The notes below the pieces were generated by a model. The model did no database searches and was not told where the DNA came from. It saw nothing but the letters and a program-made list of their open reading frames with translations. This document shows, in pieces, positions 53,446 through 53,758 of a stretch of 53,758 bases of DNA. Made by a program: the position numbers and the translations under genes. The DNA is from Candidatus Woesearchaeota archaeon (GTDB lineage Archaea > Nanobdellota > Nanobdellia > Pacearchaeales > GW2011-AR1): positions 1 to 53,758 of the forward strand of contig CAYZYW010000002.1 of the NCBI GenBank assembly GCA_964482665.1, given 5' to 3'. Position 1 is the stretch's first letter, and every line of letters starts with the position of its first letter.

Positions 53446-53758
53446 ATGGTAATTAAAATTTTTAAGAATTTTTTTCAGAGAATCTTTTTTAGCATTTTTA
53501 AGAATAAAAAAGATATTCGTTTGGGATTTTATGGACCTCCTAATGCAGGAAAAACTAGTTTGGCGAATAGGATTTGTAAGGATTTTACAGGAGAAGAGAT
53601 TGGAAGTGTTAGTAAGATTCCACATGAGACGCGAAATGTTCAGTTTAAGGAAAAAGTAGAGATAAGTTACAAAGGTAAGAGCATGACGTTTAAAATGGTT
53701 GATACGCCAGGTATTTCAACTAAGATTGATTATGAAGATTTTTTAAAATATAGAGTTA
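53446..53758 (+). CDS. small GTP-binding protein, N-terminal part (3' end cut by window edge; absent from the ORF track)
   Basis: The ATG at 53446 opens a frame that runs to the window end. G1 motif GPPNAGKTS and G3 motif DTPG. Confidence 0.65.
   Translation, partial: MVIKIFKNFFQRIFFSIFKNKKDIRLGFYGPPNAGKTSLANRICKDFTGEEIGSVSKIPHETRNVQFKEKVEISYKGKSMTFKMVDTPGISTKIDYEDFLKYRV

Noticed and set aside
53419-53625. 68-aa minus-strand ORF
   Set aside because: It is antisense to the clearly recognisable GTPase gene starting at 53446.
1-53758. CRISPR arrays, rRNA genes, transposases, integrases, reverse transcriptases
   Set aside because: No regularly spaced short repeats were seen, no long GC-rich rRNA-like stretch, and none of the ORF translations shows DDE, tyrosine-recombinase or YxDD motifs.

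Overview
This is an AT-rich (roughly 30% G+C by eye) archaeal chromosomal segment. The gene content includes RFC small and large subunits, archaeal-type TrpRS, diphthine synthase, RtcB, form III RuBisCO, ribosomal protein eL41, class-III-signal-peptide pilins with a FlaI/PilB-like ATPase, and intron-bearing tRNAs. There are many secreted Cys-rich, PKD and lipobox surface proteins and almost no biosynthetic genes. This fits a small-genome DPANN-type archaeon (inference). I call about 65 protein genes, two intron-containing tRNAs (Ile-UAU, Glu-CUC) and an SRP RNA. TATA boxes sit about 26 nt upstream of most start codons, so most mRNAs look leaderless. I saw no rRNA, CRISPR array, transposase, integrase or reverse transcriptase. 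In this AT-rich background the GC-rich islands stand out, and they are the most interesting part. (1) A four-member family of hairpin-rich 130-220 nt elements each begins at a TTAA. In three copies that TTAA supplies the stop codon of the upstream gene, and two copies directly bracket rtcB. (2) The tRNA-Ile/tRNA-Glu locus is full of tRNA-end duplications, homologous ~180-nt trailer modules and hairpins with compensatory changes. It includes a 23-nt tRNA-Ile 3' repeat that delimits a 2.3-kb GNAT cassette. (3) An FGE/C-type-lectin-like gene ends in a GC-rich, A-poor, hairpin-bounded module. It resembles a diversity-generating-retroelement variable region, but no template repeat or RT is present in the window. 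Other points are an ABC-F ATPase in an archaeon, a pilin operon with no platform gene, a pilin-LamG fusion, an ART-like gene between pilins, a pseudo-cyclase membrane protein and an acidic tail on PEP synthase.
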